Origin: Azolla caroliniana
Taxonomy: Eukaryota > Plantae > Polypodiophyta
DNA length: 64,000 bases
Direction of reading: 5' to 3'
NCBI GenBank assembly: GCA_043228905.1
Contig: JBHGNT010000004.1
Span: 186,001-250,000, forward strand
Part shown: piece after piece, positions 37,551 through 52,586 of the stretch
Layout of the letters: the number at the start of each line of letters is the position of its first letter
How positions within the stretch are numbered: position 1 is the first letter of the stretch
Position numbers and translations under genes: made by a program
The notes under the pieces: model-generated
Told to the model about the DNA's origin: nothing
The model's database searches: none
What the model saw: the letters and a program-made list of their open reading frames with translations, nothing else

Positions 37551-40486
37551 TTTCTTGTTGGGTTATCAAAATTACCTAAAACACAAGATTTTAAATGAAT
37601 TTGTTTAATTGAAACAATCTTTTTTTACATAATTTTTGCAAGTAAAATAGAGATACATGTCATTGCAGAGACTAAGTTGGTAATTAAAAAACTTTATCAC
37701 ACTTAGTTAGACTTACCCTGAAAGCCAAAAAAGTTTTTTATTAGGTGGTGTATGTAAAAATTGAATTTGCATGAGCATAAAAGATTAAAGAAAGATAGAA
37801 TGAATGATGATAGCATTCCTAAGGCCAACCTTCTCAATACAATCTTAACTAGCAATCAAGTTCTATTCATTTAACAAGCTTTGTTGCAACTTTTAATGAA
37901 ATCATGCAAAACTTTTAAAATGGTAACCTCTTCAATGCATTCTCTAGTAATAGGGAATATTCACTTGGTTTGGGAGTCACAAACTCAAAACATTTGAAAC
38001 TAAAACTAAATAGCCAAAATTGTTTAAATTTAAACTATTCAAGCAACATCCAAGCAAACCAAATGGTTTTGAGCCATAGTTTCTCATTTTGATACAAACA
38101 AATACTTTGTGTTACTTTTTCACAATTCTTTAACAATGAGTTTTCCAAACAAATCATTGGATCACAAATGTTATATAACTCATTGTGCTAATAGGCTATA
38201 ACTCTAAATTTTATAAATAAAAAATAGGCTATAATTCTTTATTCTAAACTATTAAGTTGTGACTTGACAATGTTAACCAAATTAAATTTGTGTTGCAGTT
38301 CTAGCATTCTTGTTGCATAAACTCACCAAACATTTGACCCCAATTAATTATTACATAACCTAAAGAAAGCTAGCTAGAGCAAATCGACTGCCTCAAAACT
38401 TCATTCTCTTAAATGTACACAAGAAATTCATTTCCGATGTATTCCATAAGATGCTTACAAGGCACCACCTCAAACCTTTCTTAAGGTTTACAAAAAGAAT
38501 ATGGTGCTTTAAATGTTGTTTAAAGTTTCCTTTCGTTATTTTTCAATGTTTGGGTACACATCTCGTGGTTGTGACCAATTGTCTCATGGGCCAAATTTGG
38601 TATTTGAAGACATTAATATATCTTTCTTTCACACATGCACTATTGTTTCTATTACATCAAAATAACGTTGAACAAGAGAGGCAAACATTGATCGTCCTGT
38701 AATCACAAGCATTATTTGCATCTCGTCATTTACAAGATTTGATCCTAATTGCATCTCCTTGTGTATTTCATTTGAGCAGAAAAAACCTGAGCACATTTGA
38801 GCAAAAAAAACACCTATGCATCTATGTACCTAAAGGAGAATTACCGAGGCACACAATTATTATGTCAAAGTTCCATCCATACATAACAAATATACCTTGA
38901 TTATATGACAAATCCTTAGTGGCTTACAGAATCAAATCGACAAAGTTGAATTACTCATTAACTAACATAGGTGTCAATTTCAAATTTTGGAGATGGATAG
39001 AAAGGAACTTTGGATGAAGCATGGTTTTTATGATGATTACCTTGAAAGAAAACAAGACTAAGCATTAATGAAACATAGCACCACGTCAGTGTTTTCCACA
39101 GTAATTAGCCATCTTTTTATTATAGCGTGACTAATTATGGAGAAAGGAATGATGAAATCTACATAGCAATGGACTCAGCACATTTAAAATGCGTTTGTAA
39201 CATTCAAATTGAATAGAAAAGCTACTCAATTCTTTTTGAGCAAGACTTATTTCTTCTGTGATTGTTCAATAATTGCTCTTCTTTAGATTCACTGATCATG
39301 ACGGTTACTCAAATCATTGTAGATTTATAAATCGATTATTGTTTTGACAGTGCTTTTCTGAAAGACTCGATATAAACAAGTTTAGTAAATAAACGTTCCA
39401 AGACACAAGGAAATGGATGTACCTTATGTCTGGAGAAGATTAGTAAGGTCAGGTGTACGACTTTTAAGTCCCATTCAACATAGTTATCTAGTGAATTGTA
39501 GTAAATTGGCGAGATTTAAAAGCATGATGACATGACACAAGGTCTTTGTCCCAATCCAATATAAAAAAAGAATGATCTAATCATCATCATATATCAAGCC
39601 TTCAAATCTCATCAACTGATTATAATTCATTAGAACACCATGCAGAATGGAATTGATGGGCTTTAACACCGTGAACTGGCCTTCATCTTTATTAAACCAA
39701 AAAAGACAATCCAACATTTTTTTTAAAATAAAATGGATAAAAAGAAAAGTGAGATATGGTACAAAAAACATTTTACTCGAGATTTTATCGACTCTTGGAA
39801 GGTCACGATTACTGTCCAAAAGCATAAGAATCTCATAAAAACAATTCCGCTCCAATTGTGTATTTTGCCATCCTCCTAATGAGCACATGACAATCAAATT
39901 CCATAAGTTGATTACTTTTGATGAAAAAATGAAAAGTTAAAGAACTATTTTAGGGTATAAAAACAGTACCTTATAATTTACAATCGTGACAACCAGAAAG
40001 ACCTTGATCATTGAACCCCTAATAAGAAATTACGCACAAAAGCATGGGAGTGTAGTGAAAGAAAACTTTCAGGAGGATTTCTTTGATGCAGATGTTTTTG
40101 GTTTTTAATTAATGCAATTTTCTGTTCGAACAAAAGCTGCCTGATCACTATCCTCAAGAACGAACTGCGATTTCACGGGTTCTACGAAATTTAGAGAGCA
40201 TTAACTAATTAAAGTCAGTTTAGTTTGGGAACATATCCCTGGTTTTTCTTCAAGTTCTTTTATAGCCCATCTTTTTAGCTTTAATCTCAAAATTTTAGTG
40301 CTGTTATTCCATGAAATGATCTCCTACAATGATGCAGCATTATAAAAGCACACATAAAACGATGAACTCCATCCATGTTAACATACCTTAGGGACAAGAA
40401 TATAATATTCTGGGAAGTTTGGGGAGCTTCTCGAACAATATAGGAGACGAAAACAAAACCCCACTTTCTAGTTTTTTGACTTCTTT

Positions 40487-41835
40487 TTACAGATTCTCAT
40501 CATCAAGATCATCGGGAACATGTAATTTCTCAATTGCACTCTGCATTAACAACCAGAATTTACAACAATAGTTTCTATTGAATTTTATCACCACCATTAT
40601 AAGATTTTTTTAAAAATGATTCAATCTATACCTTTATCAGATTCACATCAGCCGTCGATGGTTTCAAATCAAGGGCAATAGAGAAATGATGCATGGCTTG
40701 CTCTGGCATATTCAGTCTTTTATAGATTCTACCCATTAGGAAAAATACACTGCTCTCTCGTGGGGCAACCTCATTGAGATATTCCAGCTCTTTCAATGCG
40801 TCATCATATCTCTCCTCACTCATGAGAACACTAGATTTCTGATATTTTGGTAATGGATTCTTGGGATCAGCTACAATAGCCTCTTCCAGGAAGCTTAAAG
40901 CATCTCCATTATTCTGTCATGAAAAAATATTAGACTGGATTCAGGACAAGGAAACAAGATATTGCATGAAAAAAACACATAATGGGATAGCATTGGCTTT
41001 ATATGTCCATTCCACTTTCTTGTAACCAGAAGTTAAACGTGTAAAGCTCATGGCTTCATGTCTAGACACAAGGTCTAATATTACCTTCATTCTCAAACAC
41101 AGACTATTTTGACTTTGAGATCATTACACTAGAGGGTAACTAACAAATTTTAAAAGACCATTACAGTTTGTCCACATACCAAGGCGGAAAACAATACCAC
41201 GAACTTACAAAATGAAATAAAATATTTGCTAGTGGGAAAGTAGGGAGGGAACACTACTTTCACATGTGTACCTTCAAAGCGTGCAGAGCCATTCCAAGAT
41301 AGCATAGCAGAACAGAGGAGCGATGGTTGATGAGTAATGCCCGCCGGAAATGGTACTCAGCAAATTCGAACTTCTCCTGTCTGAAGTAGATGGTACCAAG
41401 TCCATACCTATAAATAAACAGTAGTTACCCTAAATAAAGTGTGTAGCAAAAATGTTATAACATGATCTGCTTAAATATGAAGAATTATGGGTGAAATGTA
41501 AGGTATGCAATCTCTACTCTTTTCTATATTCTTCTTACCAAAAATGTTTTATCTTGCAAAATTAGTGCAAAGATTGAATGAAAAGATAATGGATGCTATC
41601 TTGTATACCATGCATTATAGTGTCGTGGATCTATACGTATAGCTTGTCTATAGCAAGCAATGCCTTCTTTAAAATCCTCCATTGCTGCATATCTACATGA
41701 TTAAAGAAATGGTTAGCAAACAAATGCCTATCATCCGAAAATGTAATTTTTAGCACAGTATTCTCATTTAAGGAATTTGGTAGAATGCTTCAAAAAGCTC
41801 TGTTGTGGTATATAAAATTTACATATAAAGCCTAT

Positions 41836-41874
<39 letters not shown>

Positions 41875-44800
41875 CAGACATGCATACATACATATACATT
41901 TATACACACACATTCAAAAGTTGTCTAATGTAGCATGTTTGTATATACAAAAGATGCAAGACTGATGAGAAAAGAAATTACATTAGTGTTCAATCATGAT
42001 AAGCCAGTACATGATGACAGAATGAAAAACAATGAGAATGCACAGTATATACGTAACAGAAGGGATCAACACACTTACTCGTGGCCACACAGTGTGTGAG
42101 CATAAGTGAAATATTGATCAAGCTGAAGTGCCCGTTGAAAATACTTAAGAGCGGCTTCATGGTCCTTCTGAAGACTGAAGCAGTTTCCCATAATACACCT
42201 GGCATCGGATCTATATTAGACAGCTCAAAATGTCTATCAAAATCTCTACTGTAAAAAACAGATATTTTCTAACCATGCTTGTGGGGAGAGGCGATCCATG
42301 GATACTGCTTCTTGAGCTAGATAGCTTAATTCCACCTCCTTCTTCATGTGCTGCAGAACCAATAAATACACACCGAGATGTTAGGGTGCAGATAACAAAT
42401 TTATAGAAATTTTGATGTGCAAATTTCATGATGTGAAAGGAAATTTTATCACATACAAATCTTTTATGATATGCGGAAGGATCACAACCAATGATTGCTT
42501 TTATTTTTGAGAAGATATGATGTGGTACTACTTTTAGAAAAACAATGAAACCCTAAAATGTGCCAGAGGAGAATGTATTTATACTAAAATTGGCATTCCG
42601 TAGAAAACACAAGATAAAGCCTACTAGAAGATAAAAAATTTGGATCCATCTGAGAGAAGAAAATTACATGAGAAAATAGGAACAACAATCTTATAGAGTT
42701 TTGGGAGCCCAACCAGCCCAAAAACACAGACTTTATACATAGAATGAAGCAAATGTGGATATAATAACACTGTCTGTAGAGAGCTGCTGCACATCTATAG
42801 CAAGCAGGAACTCCTGTGGGATATTACATAGCTTTACCTTTACATTTAACATTAGGACCAAAGTGTTTGCATTGGAGATCATATCACGTTAGGATGAGAT
42901 AGGAGGACCCAAGATAAAAGAGGAGGATCAGCCAAGCGCATCGACTCTTTGGCTCAACCCTTCTCTATCCTTTCCTAGAATAATGAGATTATAGAGCTAC
43001 ACTTAAAGAGGAAAGAATTGTATTAGTACACATATGGAGCAGTAGATACACTCAGTCACACTTTAAATGTTACCAACATAGGCCCAAAAGAATTTATGCA
43101 CCATATCTAAAGAGGACCATTTGCAAGAAGATAAAAGTTAAAACACCTAGCTTTGCAACTGCAAAATTCCTGATCACGTGAAGAAGAGGTGGACCTTAAC
43201 TAAGAATACAAGAAGCAACTTTTTAGGCAGCCCATAATTCAAATGCAAAACCTAAGGATGGCAACATATGTCCCACATCAAGATGTTTGCGAGCAGGCGT
43301 GGAAAAGGACGAGGAAGTGTCAAATGAATCACTCATAAAGTTGTTTCACCATATCAACAACTGCAGATATTACTTTTATTAGCCTTATCACACACTTTGA
43401 ACAAGAGTCGATGAAATCTAATATTTATTGAAAAGCAAAACATCAACTGCAGGTACCTGATGCAAGTTTCAACCACAAGCAGTATCCAGGTTAATGTCTA
43501 GAAGAGGTTTGGACCTATCATCAATTTCAAGAATACAGAAAATATTTGTAGAATATATCTCGTCATCCAAAGCTTGTGAGTGCTTGAACTCAGTTAATTT
43601 ATGGAAATTCAGAGAAGAGTTTCCTCTCTCTAACATCATTTCACTTTCGCCAAGAGATGATGTTTGCAACATTACTATTCCACATGAATATTCAACCACC
43701 ATACAGCACATTACAGACACTAGATACCTTGTCGACTCAAGTCATCAGTCTGCCCATAAAGAGAGATATAACCCACTAAATATTTGATGATAAGGGAGAA
43801 GCCTTACAAATAGAATGGTCGAGTATATATCAATTCCTTCAAGACGATAAGGAGACACTCGTCGGGCCCAACTAAATGCGCGTTCAGCTTCTGGATAGTT
43901 CACCATCTCAAAGTATGCCTTTCCAACCTGTAAATACCATCATTAGAAAACTTGCAAGACAAACTCGTGGCTGCAGGAAGGTTTTCCCAATCCAACCAAT
44001 GCCTCTTATATAGTTGCCTCACCAAACTTAGGTAGGAATTTGGTTGGAACAGGTAACATTCTTGTGGCCACAAGTTTGAAATACTATAAACCAAGGTTAC
44101 AATGTCATATGAACAGAATATAAATTTTTCTCAACAGGTACAAAAGCTCCTCGAGATCAATCAGAATGCAATCAATGAGTTTCACAGGAAAGGATAACAG
44201 AACCTGACACAGGACCCATCCAGTAGCATATTGCTGCTGATTGAGCTTCGCGAATGCTTGTAACGCTTCCTAAACAAAGAAAAAAAACAAGACCAGAATA
44301 ATATAGTTAACACAGTTATATTTTCTTGTAATTCATTAAGCACAAGAAAAGATATAGATACAGTGACTGTGAGTTAAGTGTCTAATCTGGCATGAAAACC
44401 CATTCATTTAAGGCGTTTCCAGTATAGGTGTTTACAGGCATGACAAGCCCATCGAATTAAGACATTTCCTCAATCCTATGGCTTCAAACTTTACTATGTA
44501 TAGTCCTATTATGGCAATTTTACATATTAATCAAAATCCTCACCTGGCACCTGTACATGCATAGATGCCTATATGCCTCTCCTAGAAGTCTGAGCAAGCC
44601 AAGAAGCTCCAAAGCACCCTCCATTGACCTTTTTTCCCGAGGCACTGCAGTGCCATTAACATTTAACCTGCCTCGTGCCTGTGGATCTTCTTCAGCTCCA
44701 CCAGTAGTACCACGTCTGCCACTTGCCATGGCAACTTCATCGTTATTTGTATCATCGACAGCATCAGCACTTCTTCGCACTGATCAAGTCAGAGACCAGA

Positions 44801-47800
44801 GTAACAGAATGACATATGCTAGTTAAATGTATAGATTATTCAGTGAACTTCTCTTACTATGAACTTTAATGAAATTTACCAGCATCAGCATTGATTTCGG
44901 CCAACCCAAGGGCACTACGTCTAGTGGCACTAGAACGAAACGAATTTGTTGCAGAATTCCTGCTTGATGCCCCTGACCCAGTAACAGAAGAATGACTAGA
45001 CCCATTACCACCAGACGCTAACAAGTTAGCACTTGTTGATTGTTGACTAGTTCCAGCACCGGTATCACCTGAAAGATGGGTCCTTCTCCTCGGAATTGGC
45101 TCAGCAAACAACCTACCCGAGACCTGAAATAAGGACCACGATACATAACTAAGCCCATGGAAATAACTGACTGTTGGAACTAAAAACCTGCCAACGCCAT
45201 ACTTCTCAAACTGAAGAGAAATGCAATACTTAAGAGACACACTTGAGATATCGCATTAAACGTGTAGGGGTACTACAAATTCCTATACTATAAACATGAT
45301 ATTTTGTTGTCCAGTAAAACAGAAATGAACATAGGACCATGAATGCAGTGGAGCTATATACTAATTCCTGAACCCCTCAAGAAAAATGCAAAATAATGTT
45401 TTCTTCTGCTCATTCTGGATCAAATGCTCTAACCCTTAGAATCTCAATCATCTAAGAAAATATATTATAATAACCAGATAATACAACCAACTTAAAAGGA
45501 GCTATTTGTTATTATCTTCTGGGCAGAAGGCCCTCATCATTCATTGCATATCCAGACATATGTTGTGCATAAATAGGACATTGAAAAGGCAATTTAATCA
45601 AGTAAACTGCTTTAGAATGTTAAATTGTTTCGGGCAATAGCTACTCATATCAAATTTAATGCCCTTTTTGAAACAGCATGCTGAATTGAATTGCATAAAA
45701 TACCTTTTTTAGCTTTCCTTCATCCATCACCTTCCTCCTTTGTTGTTGTACTGGCGCATTCACACCTCTTGGTGAGACATCCCCAATTTGAGTTGATAAA
45801 TAGTTGGAAGTTCCTGATCCTCCACCTGAAGGAACTCCAAAAGCTCCATGGATTGTCCTATTAAGTGCTGGAGGACCACTTGGTATCTGGGATGCAAACA
45901 CAAAGCAATGAGGAATATCAATCACACACTCAGATAATATTCTTATTACAGCTATACAAGTCCCAATACCTGAGAAGGAGCAGGTGAAGGTGTGGTATAC
46001 AGTGAGAGACCCCCTGATGCAGGGGTATTGACACCAACCGATCCACCTATATCATTAACAGCATTTAATCTCGTCTGCCTTGGACTTGCATCATTTAAAT
46101 ATGGAGATCTACTAGGCTTCATAGAGATTGGTGTGTCTATCATTTCATGTTGAGGTTGAGAATCCAAATGTGGTTGCTGCCTATGTAGGTGTAACACTGC
46201 CAAGTCCCCATACAATGTAGCAGCTTTGTCTTCGGCTCCTGTATAAAACATTTCGGTCAGGATATTTTTAAATCTTTTCTACATAAAGATACTCATTCAT
46301 AAGTCTTATTCTACTGGCAATAAATCTTATTTAAAATGTCTGAACCCATACAAAAAGGTGCAAAGAATATAATGGCAATGTCAACCTATGCAATTAACAG
46401 AATCGTCACTCAATATAAAGCATCCTGTGCACAATATTAAAATAAGTTTAATCAATATAAAAGGTTATACTTGATGTGAATATTATACAAGAGAGCCGTA
46501 TCCATTGATAACTAAGCCAAAAGGCGGATAGGTGGTGCAGTGCCTAAATCCACTTTCCATCTTAATTTTAATGCCAGAGTGTTGTTATTCCTTTGTTTCT
46601 CCTTCCCTTTCCAACTTGCACTTAAATCCTTCAAAGTGTCTTTTGGAAAAGCTCTGATGATCAACCCACTAAATTTGCTAGATCATGCATATCTTTTTTT
46701 GGGCCATGCAGATGCGACTTACTTCTTTACTTCATTCGGATGTCCAAATAAATAATTCTGATAGAGAGAACACAATCAAGATCATGATGAAAATGCTTGA
46801 CGCCTAAGCAATCAAAGTTGAAATGAGGGAACAGTCGTGGAACTAGCATGTGTCATGTTGACCTATCTATGATACAGGTCAGTCGAAAAACAATCAACTT
46901 GGTATCTAATCGATCAAAGTTGAAATCAGGAGCACATTAATAAGCTGAGGAACTGGTATATAGTATTTCACAATCTGAGAGCACACAGGTCTTCATATGC
47001 TGACACAGAAAAACAAATCCTATGAGAAAGGAAAACCAACAGAAAGCAAATAGGCAGGAGAGTATTTCACAAACCGAGAGCACACAGGTCTTCATATGCT
47101 GACCAGAAAAACAAATCTAATGACAAAGCTTGTGTGTAATGCTCTATGGCTGCTTGTCTGCGATCTGTATGCCTGACAAAATATGAATAAATGTCATGTC
47201 AATAAGATACACAAAGATGTTCAACTCCAGGTAGCCCATGCTCGAAGTCTTACCGACATATCAGTCCCAGCATGTAGTAGCCAGCTGCGCCATTTGGAAC
47301 CTACAAAATGGAAATATCAATTAAAAGTCCAGACTCCTTGTGTTCTGTAAAATATCCATTATGTCACAAATTTGACCCAAATGAGAGACTTATCACCGCA
47401 TCAGTGCATGACTTCTCCTTAAAACATGACTTCAGAATAAAGCATATACCCTCATAAGCACAAACTAAATCAGTGTCAACTTGGAACTACAAAACTAATA
47501 TCCAGAAACAAAATAAGAGAAGTGAAAGGGCACAAATATGATTGAATATTTTCCCAGATGGGTGCACAACAGGGAGATGAGTCTCTAAATCAGGAAATTA
47601 GTCAGTATGAGATGTCCTTAAACCAAACTAGCAAAAGTATTGAGGATGGTACAGAAACTCCCAAAAGCACAAACTACGAATGTGGACTTAAAACTACAAA
47701 ACAGGCCACAAACAAAACACAGAATGATGAGAGTGTAGCATTCATTTTTTCCCAGAAATAATGATCGAATATTTTCCCAGATAGTGCACAAAAGAGAGCT

Positions 47801-49197
47801 GAAACTCTAAATCAGCACGTGAGTCTGTATGTGATGTCCTTAAACCAGCCTAGCAAAAGCATTGAGGATGGTACATAGATTCTCAAAAGCACACTACGAA
47901 TGTGGACGAAAAACTACAAAACAGGCCACAAACAAAACACAGAATTATGAGAGTGTAGCATTCATTCTTTCCAGAAAAACTTGCATCCATTCATTTCCAG
48001 CCCAGATAATGGAAAAGATACCCAGCAATAAATATTGCAAGACACAGAAATTTCAATACAGAGAAAGTGATTTGGTTTCGTAATATAATTTTATACTACT
48101 GATGGAAGACTCGTGATCATGACACCAAGGGGTTGTAATACCTTCTGAATAAGCCATAAAAGGGATGGGCAGTATCATAAAAGCAGAAATTCTACACTGT
48201 ACACCTTCATACCTCAACTCCAGGCTCACCAAGGGGTAGCAGTGCTGATTCTGCTTCTGCCAAATTACCCATCTCAAAGCATGCCAATGCAAATAAATAC
48301 CGTAGTTGTGCAGATTTTGTCCCTACACATTACAAAAAACAGAGACAAACGTATCGAAGTGACAAAGCTTTATGAATCATCCTCTTGTAATATATTGCCA
48401 ATCTTACAGATAAAATGTTACATAGATCTGTCACAAATTTTCTGATCATTAATGCATTTCGAAAAGGCAGATTAAAACATGCCTTTCAATATGTGATAAA
48501 CTCGGTAAGCTTGATTATTTCTGAAATAGCATGTTGCCAGCAAATGCAAATTGGCCTGAAAACAATGTCCATGTTAATGATACATGAGACTTGAACAAAA
48601 CAGCAATAAGAGAAGAATTATTACATTTTGCATTGCAGTTCATATATGTATCTAAACCATCGGTGACAAATTGTCAATTTAACTTGATCCCGCCATAAAA
48701 ACGGGCCAATTCAATTCTAATGAATAAAATAATCCGCATTAGTGATAAACTTTACACATCGATTAAGATTTCTGTATTATGTGCTTTAGAATTATATGTA
48801 AGGGGATCCTATTCCACTAGCTTCAGAGTCGATTTTAATCCACAAAGACATCTATGCTGCAAATCAAAAGTAGAGTCGAATTTTTGCTATGATTTTTTTC
48901 CAACATTAGACAAGGTTAATTATGGGAAAGGGAATAGAAGCAATGACTGTATTCAGCATGATTAGAACAATGTTACAGAGAAACACCTCAGCCATAGATT
49001 ATATATGTTATAGATAATTAGAAATCACACAACCATTTCATCTTGAATCAAAACCAGATAAATAAAGCAAAAAGAAAAAGAAAACAAAGTTCAGGCATTT
49101 CAGTTTTTCATGTTTCAGTTGTTTGAGGTGAAATGTGTTCCATTTTTGCTCTCTTCCTGCATCTTCTCCTTCTATTCCATTCTTGATCTGCCTCATG

Positions 49198-49234
<37 letters not shown>

Positions 49235-52055
49235 ATGTTGGCCCATTCTCTCTCTCTCTCTCTCTCAGAACAGGGAAACCGTACACATCGATACATGTTA
49301 GAGCCCATCCCGTTATCTGCCATTCGAACCATTACTTCCATTCGACTTAGCTCACATGCATTGTGATGTGAAACAAGGCGTTGGGGCACAAGTGATGAGA
49401 GTGGCCGGCTATGCACACTTTGCCCTAAACAAGTTCGCGAGTCTGAGTATCACACTTTGATACAATGCTCGGCCTCTAATCATATTCGACCATGCTTTCC
49501 ACATCTCTTCGATCGAGCCCAATCCTTGCATGAATTTCTCTCACAACCACAATGTGCACTCTCGATTGTAACATTCATTGGTAAAGTTCTTGAACATCGA
49601 GAGTCACTACTCACTTTCACACATATCACGTGAAATGTAATATTTTTTGTCTCATAGGTCATATTGGACCTCCGAAGACGATAATATAATCTATCTATCT
49701 ATCTCCTCCTCTCTCTCTCTCCCTTTGTTAAGAGATCAAGGCTTTATATAGAACCATAAAATTTGCTAGGCGGTCTCATTGTGAGGATATCACAAGCTGC
49801 AAAAGGTATATGAATAGATACGTTGTGAGCAGCAATATTGGCCCATATCCTGTTCCTAGCTTGCTTCTCCTCTTACGTTAATTTTCAACATTTGTAACTT
49901 CTAATTTGTCTATAGATTGTTTATCATAATTATGATGAGATACAACTATGTCAGTTTTAAACATCTGTGAAAATGCTTCGGTCTCATAAGTCATTTCGGC
50001 ATTCATAGATGACAATATTACTTACTTTCTAATTTTCTACTGATTCATCCTCTAACTTTCTACTCATTCCTCCTCTTTTGCCAATTGACACAACACATTC
50101 TGCTATCCTCGATTTTCTAAGTTGGTATATAAGTTATAACCAATCATTTGAACCCATCCTATTCGTGTGTGTATGTAGTCGATATTGCTGCAGTAATAAG
50201 AATTCCATCACTCTTTAAGTATCACATACTTCATATGTGGCTCCTTTATACATATAAAGGGAACAGGAAAAAACTATGGTCCCCTTCTTATGGTAGAACC
50301 AAGACCTAGACCACTTATTTCTGGATCGATTTGGTTATATCACACACATATAAGACCAGAATAGTTTTGGCCAACCACCTAAGTGCACATAGATGAGTGG
50401 ATGAGTGTCTGTGTGTGGTAGCTCTTCTCAGTTCTTTAATTTCAATGATGCCAGCAACACATTCTATCTCATCTGGTTTTAGAATATCCACTTTGTTCCC
50501 AACATTCAAGTACGCTGCATACACAGATGCACCCCATATCCGAAAATAAAATCTGGTTTGATACAACTGATGAACTGACTACCCTCATCATCTCTTTCTT
50601 GAGTTCTTCTTGTTATGCTGGAGAAGTCCGTATCTCCACTGGTGGTTGTGTATATTTAAGGTTTTCTCTTCGATGCTACTGTTGATTTGTTGGTATATTC
50701 ATTTGATCGTATACTTTAATTCTTGATTTACTCTATGTAAATACTCGCTAAATCTAGAAGTTTTGTAGAAGCCCTCCCATAGCCATAGCATTGCCTTTTT
50801 GAGGTTTCAGAGAGTAACGTAGCATGCATGCCAGGGCAAACCTTTGTGTTGTTGTAGATGCATAGCTAATATGTCCCAAAAGAAGAGATACATTCAGGAG
50901 ATTTCTATCCAGTGAGAAAAGATAAATCTAAAGGAGAAAGAGAGAAACAACACTACTGTCTCCCTCACAATAGGTCCCACTTACTTGGACATTGACTTTA
51001 ATGTGGTTTCACCACAGAGTTTTCAACTTCATTTTGCTTTTCCTTATGGGTGAGCAATGGATTCAGTTTTCAACAACTTGTATTTATGGGCAATTCTAAT
51101 GTTAAGATGTCTCAAACTTCAGCCTCTGGCATACACTCATATCCTTTGACAAAGGAGATGAAGAAGAAAGATACTGCATAAATTACCTCCAAATAATTTA
51201 GGTGGCATATGGGTTCTTTTCTTTCTCTTGACAAGGTCTTTCACAATATCTTCTCAAAAATCGAGTCTCTTCTCAATTCTTTTCTGACTGATGATCTCTT
51301 GCTATTGACATCAAAGTAGAATCTTTCAATGTCTATTTTCCGCTTCAAATTTAAGATTTTATCTCCCCATTTCCATGATTATAAAATACGTAGGCCTCTC
51401 GATACCGTAATGGAACCTTTTGTACTTGGATGTTAGCTCCCTATTTCTATGGTTAAGAATTGTATGTAATCTTTCAGTACCTATTGGTACTTTGTCAAGA
51501 GTAGCTCAATTCTTAATGACACTTTGAATTTCATTTTGCATACCCATATCCATGATTACAAAATATTGAGGAGGTGGGTTATTATACCCATGTGAACATC
51601 TTGGCAAAACCTCTGAAGAGATTCTCTTTTAATAAGTAGCACCCAACCAGTGACGAGATCTTCAATAGACGAATCGAAAGGGGATCTTAAACTGAGGAAA
51701 AGCTAAAACTATTGCATTACTAAGAGTAAAACATATACCCTAAATTAGGTTTTTCCTGTATTTTCAGTCTGTTCCTGCATCAGGGTTTTATGAATTACAT
51801 TTTCCCAGAATTAGGGTTTCTCTGAGGTAGTTTAAATTCTACTGGAAAGAGATCCCATTTAACCTAACATGATAAAGACCGGTATGAACATATGATTTTG
51901 GGATAGAGACAGAGAGATTCGATTGGTGAAATTGAGACGGGAAGACCAACCTCTGATGGGTACTCAGCGTACAATCTCTCGCAAAGAAACGTGGCGTTTC
52001 GGTACATGTAGAGCTGCAGAGAAGAGTTAACACAATCGACCAAGGAGGACTCCAT
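40487..52055 (-). CDS. CDC27: Cell division cycle 27 / APC3 (anaphase-promoting complex TPR subunit), ~17 exons
   Basis: Exon 1 MESSLVDCVNSSLQLYMYRNATFLCERLYAEYPSE, later RRKVMDEGKLKKVSGRLF. TPR exons include LLRLLGEAYRHLCMYRC and ELEYLNEVAPRESSVFFLMGRIYKRL. Last exon SAIEKLHVPDDLDDENL*. Confidence 0.95.
47537..47980. repeat. ~220-bp tandem duplication in CDC27 intron 3
   Basis: Two copies of 'gaatattttcccagat...aaaactacaaaacaggccacaaacaaaacacagaat.atgagagtgtagcattcatt'. Confidence 0.85.
49265..49705 (+). mobile_element. RTE/RTEX-like LINE 3' fragment in CDC27 intron 1 (antisense to the gene)
   Basis: From 49322 reads IRTITSIRLSSHAL*CETRRWGTSDESGRLCTLCPKQVRESEYHTLIQC (CX2CX9HX4C knuckle). 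(TCTA)n tail, with (CT)n on both sides. Confidence 0.8.
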
Positions 52056-52072
52056 CGCCACAGACACAGGCG

Positions 52073-52114
<42 letters not shown>

Positions 52115-52555
52115 GACAGAGTCCGACAGACAGAAAGAAAGAAAGAAAGAAAGAAGAGAAAGGAAGGGAAAAATAAAAACCCTCTTTTGAAATTGGGTCT
52201 AGAATCTGAGGGTCCGTTGTGAAGGAGAGCGGCAAATGACAGGGGAGACACACACACACATATGTGAAGGCTAGATATATGTCATATCATGTTCCTTCGT
52301 GCCGTGTCTCGCCATAGAGTCAAGTCAAGCTGATGAACACCCCGAATGTCAAAAAGCCCATGAGCCACACCTTGTTCGTCAGAATCGACAAGCATCCGCC
52401 TTTGAATGTGACAAGTGCAAGCTTGCTTTTGGCTCAATTCATCCTTGCTTGGAAGTGTTTAATCTCTGTTTGTTCGAGATCTCCTGTTCCATTCCAATGG
52501 TAATTCACCATTTTCCTTGTCTATCCCATGATGATGATGATGGTGATGATGATGA

Positions 52556-52586
<31 letters not shown>

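Noticed and set aside
46511-46530. U2 snRNA-like GCCTTTTGGCT on the minus strand
   Set aside because: The match is only ~11 nt and the branch-point pairing sequence does not follow.
50300-51700. Nested gene or retroelement ORF in CDC27 intron 1
   Set aside because: Only short broken frames are present, with no motif I could assign. It may be an old TE remnant.
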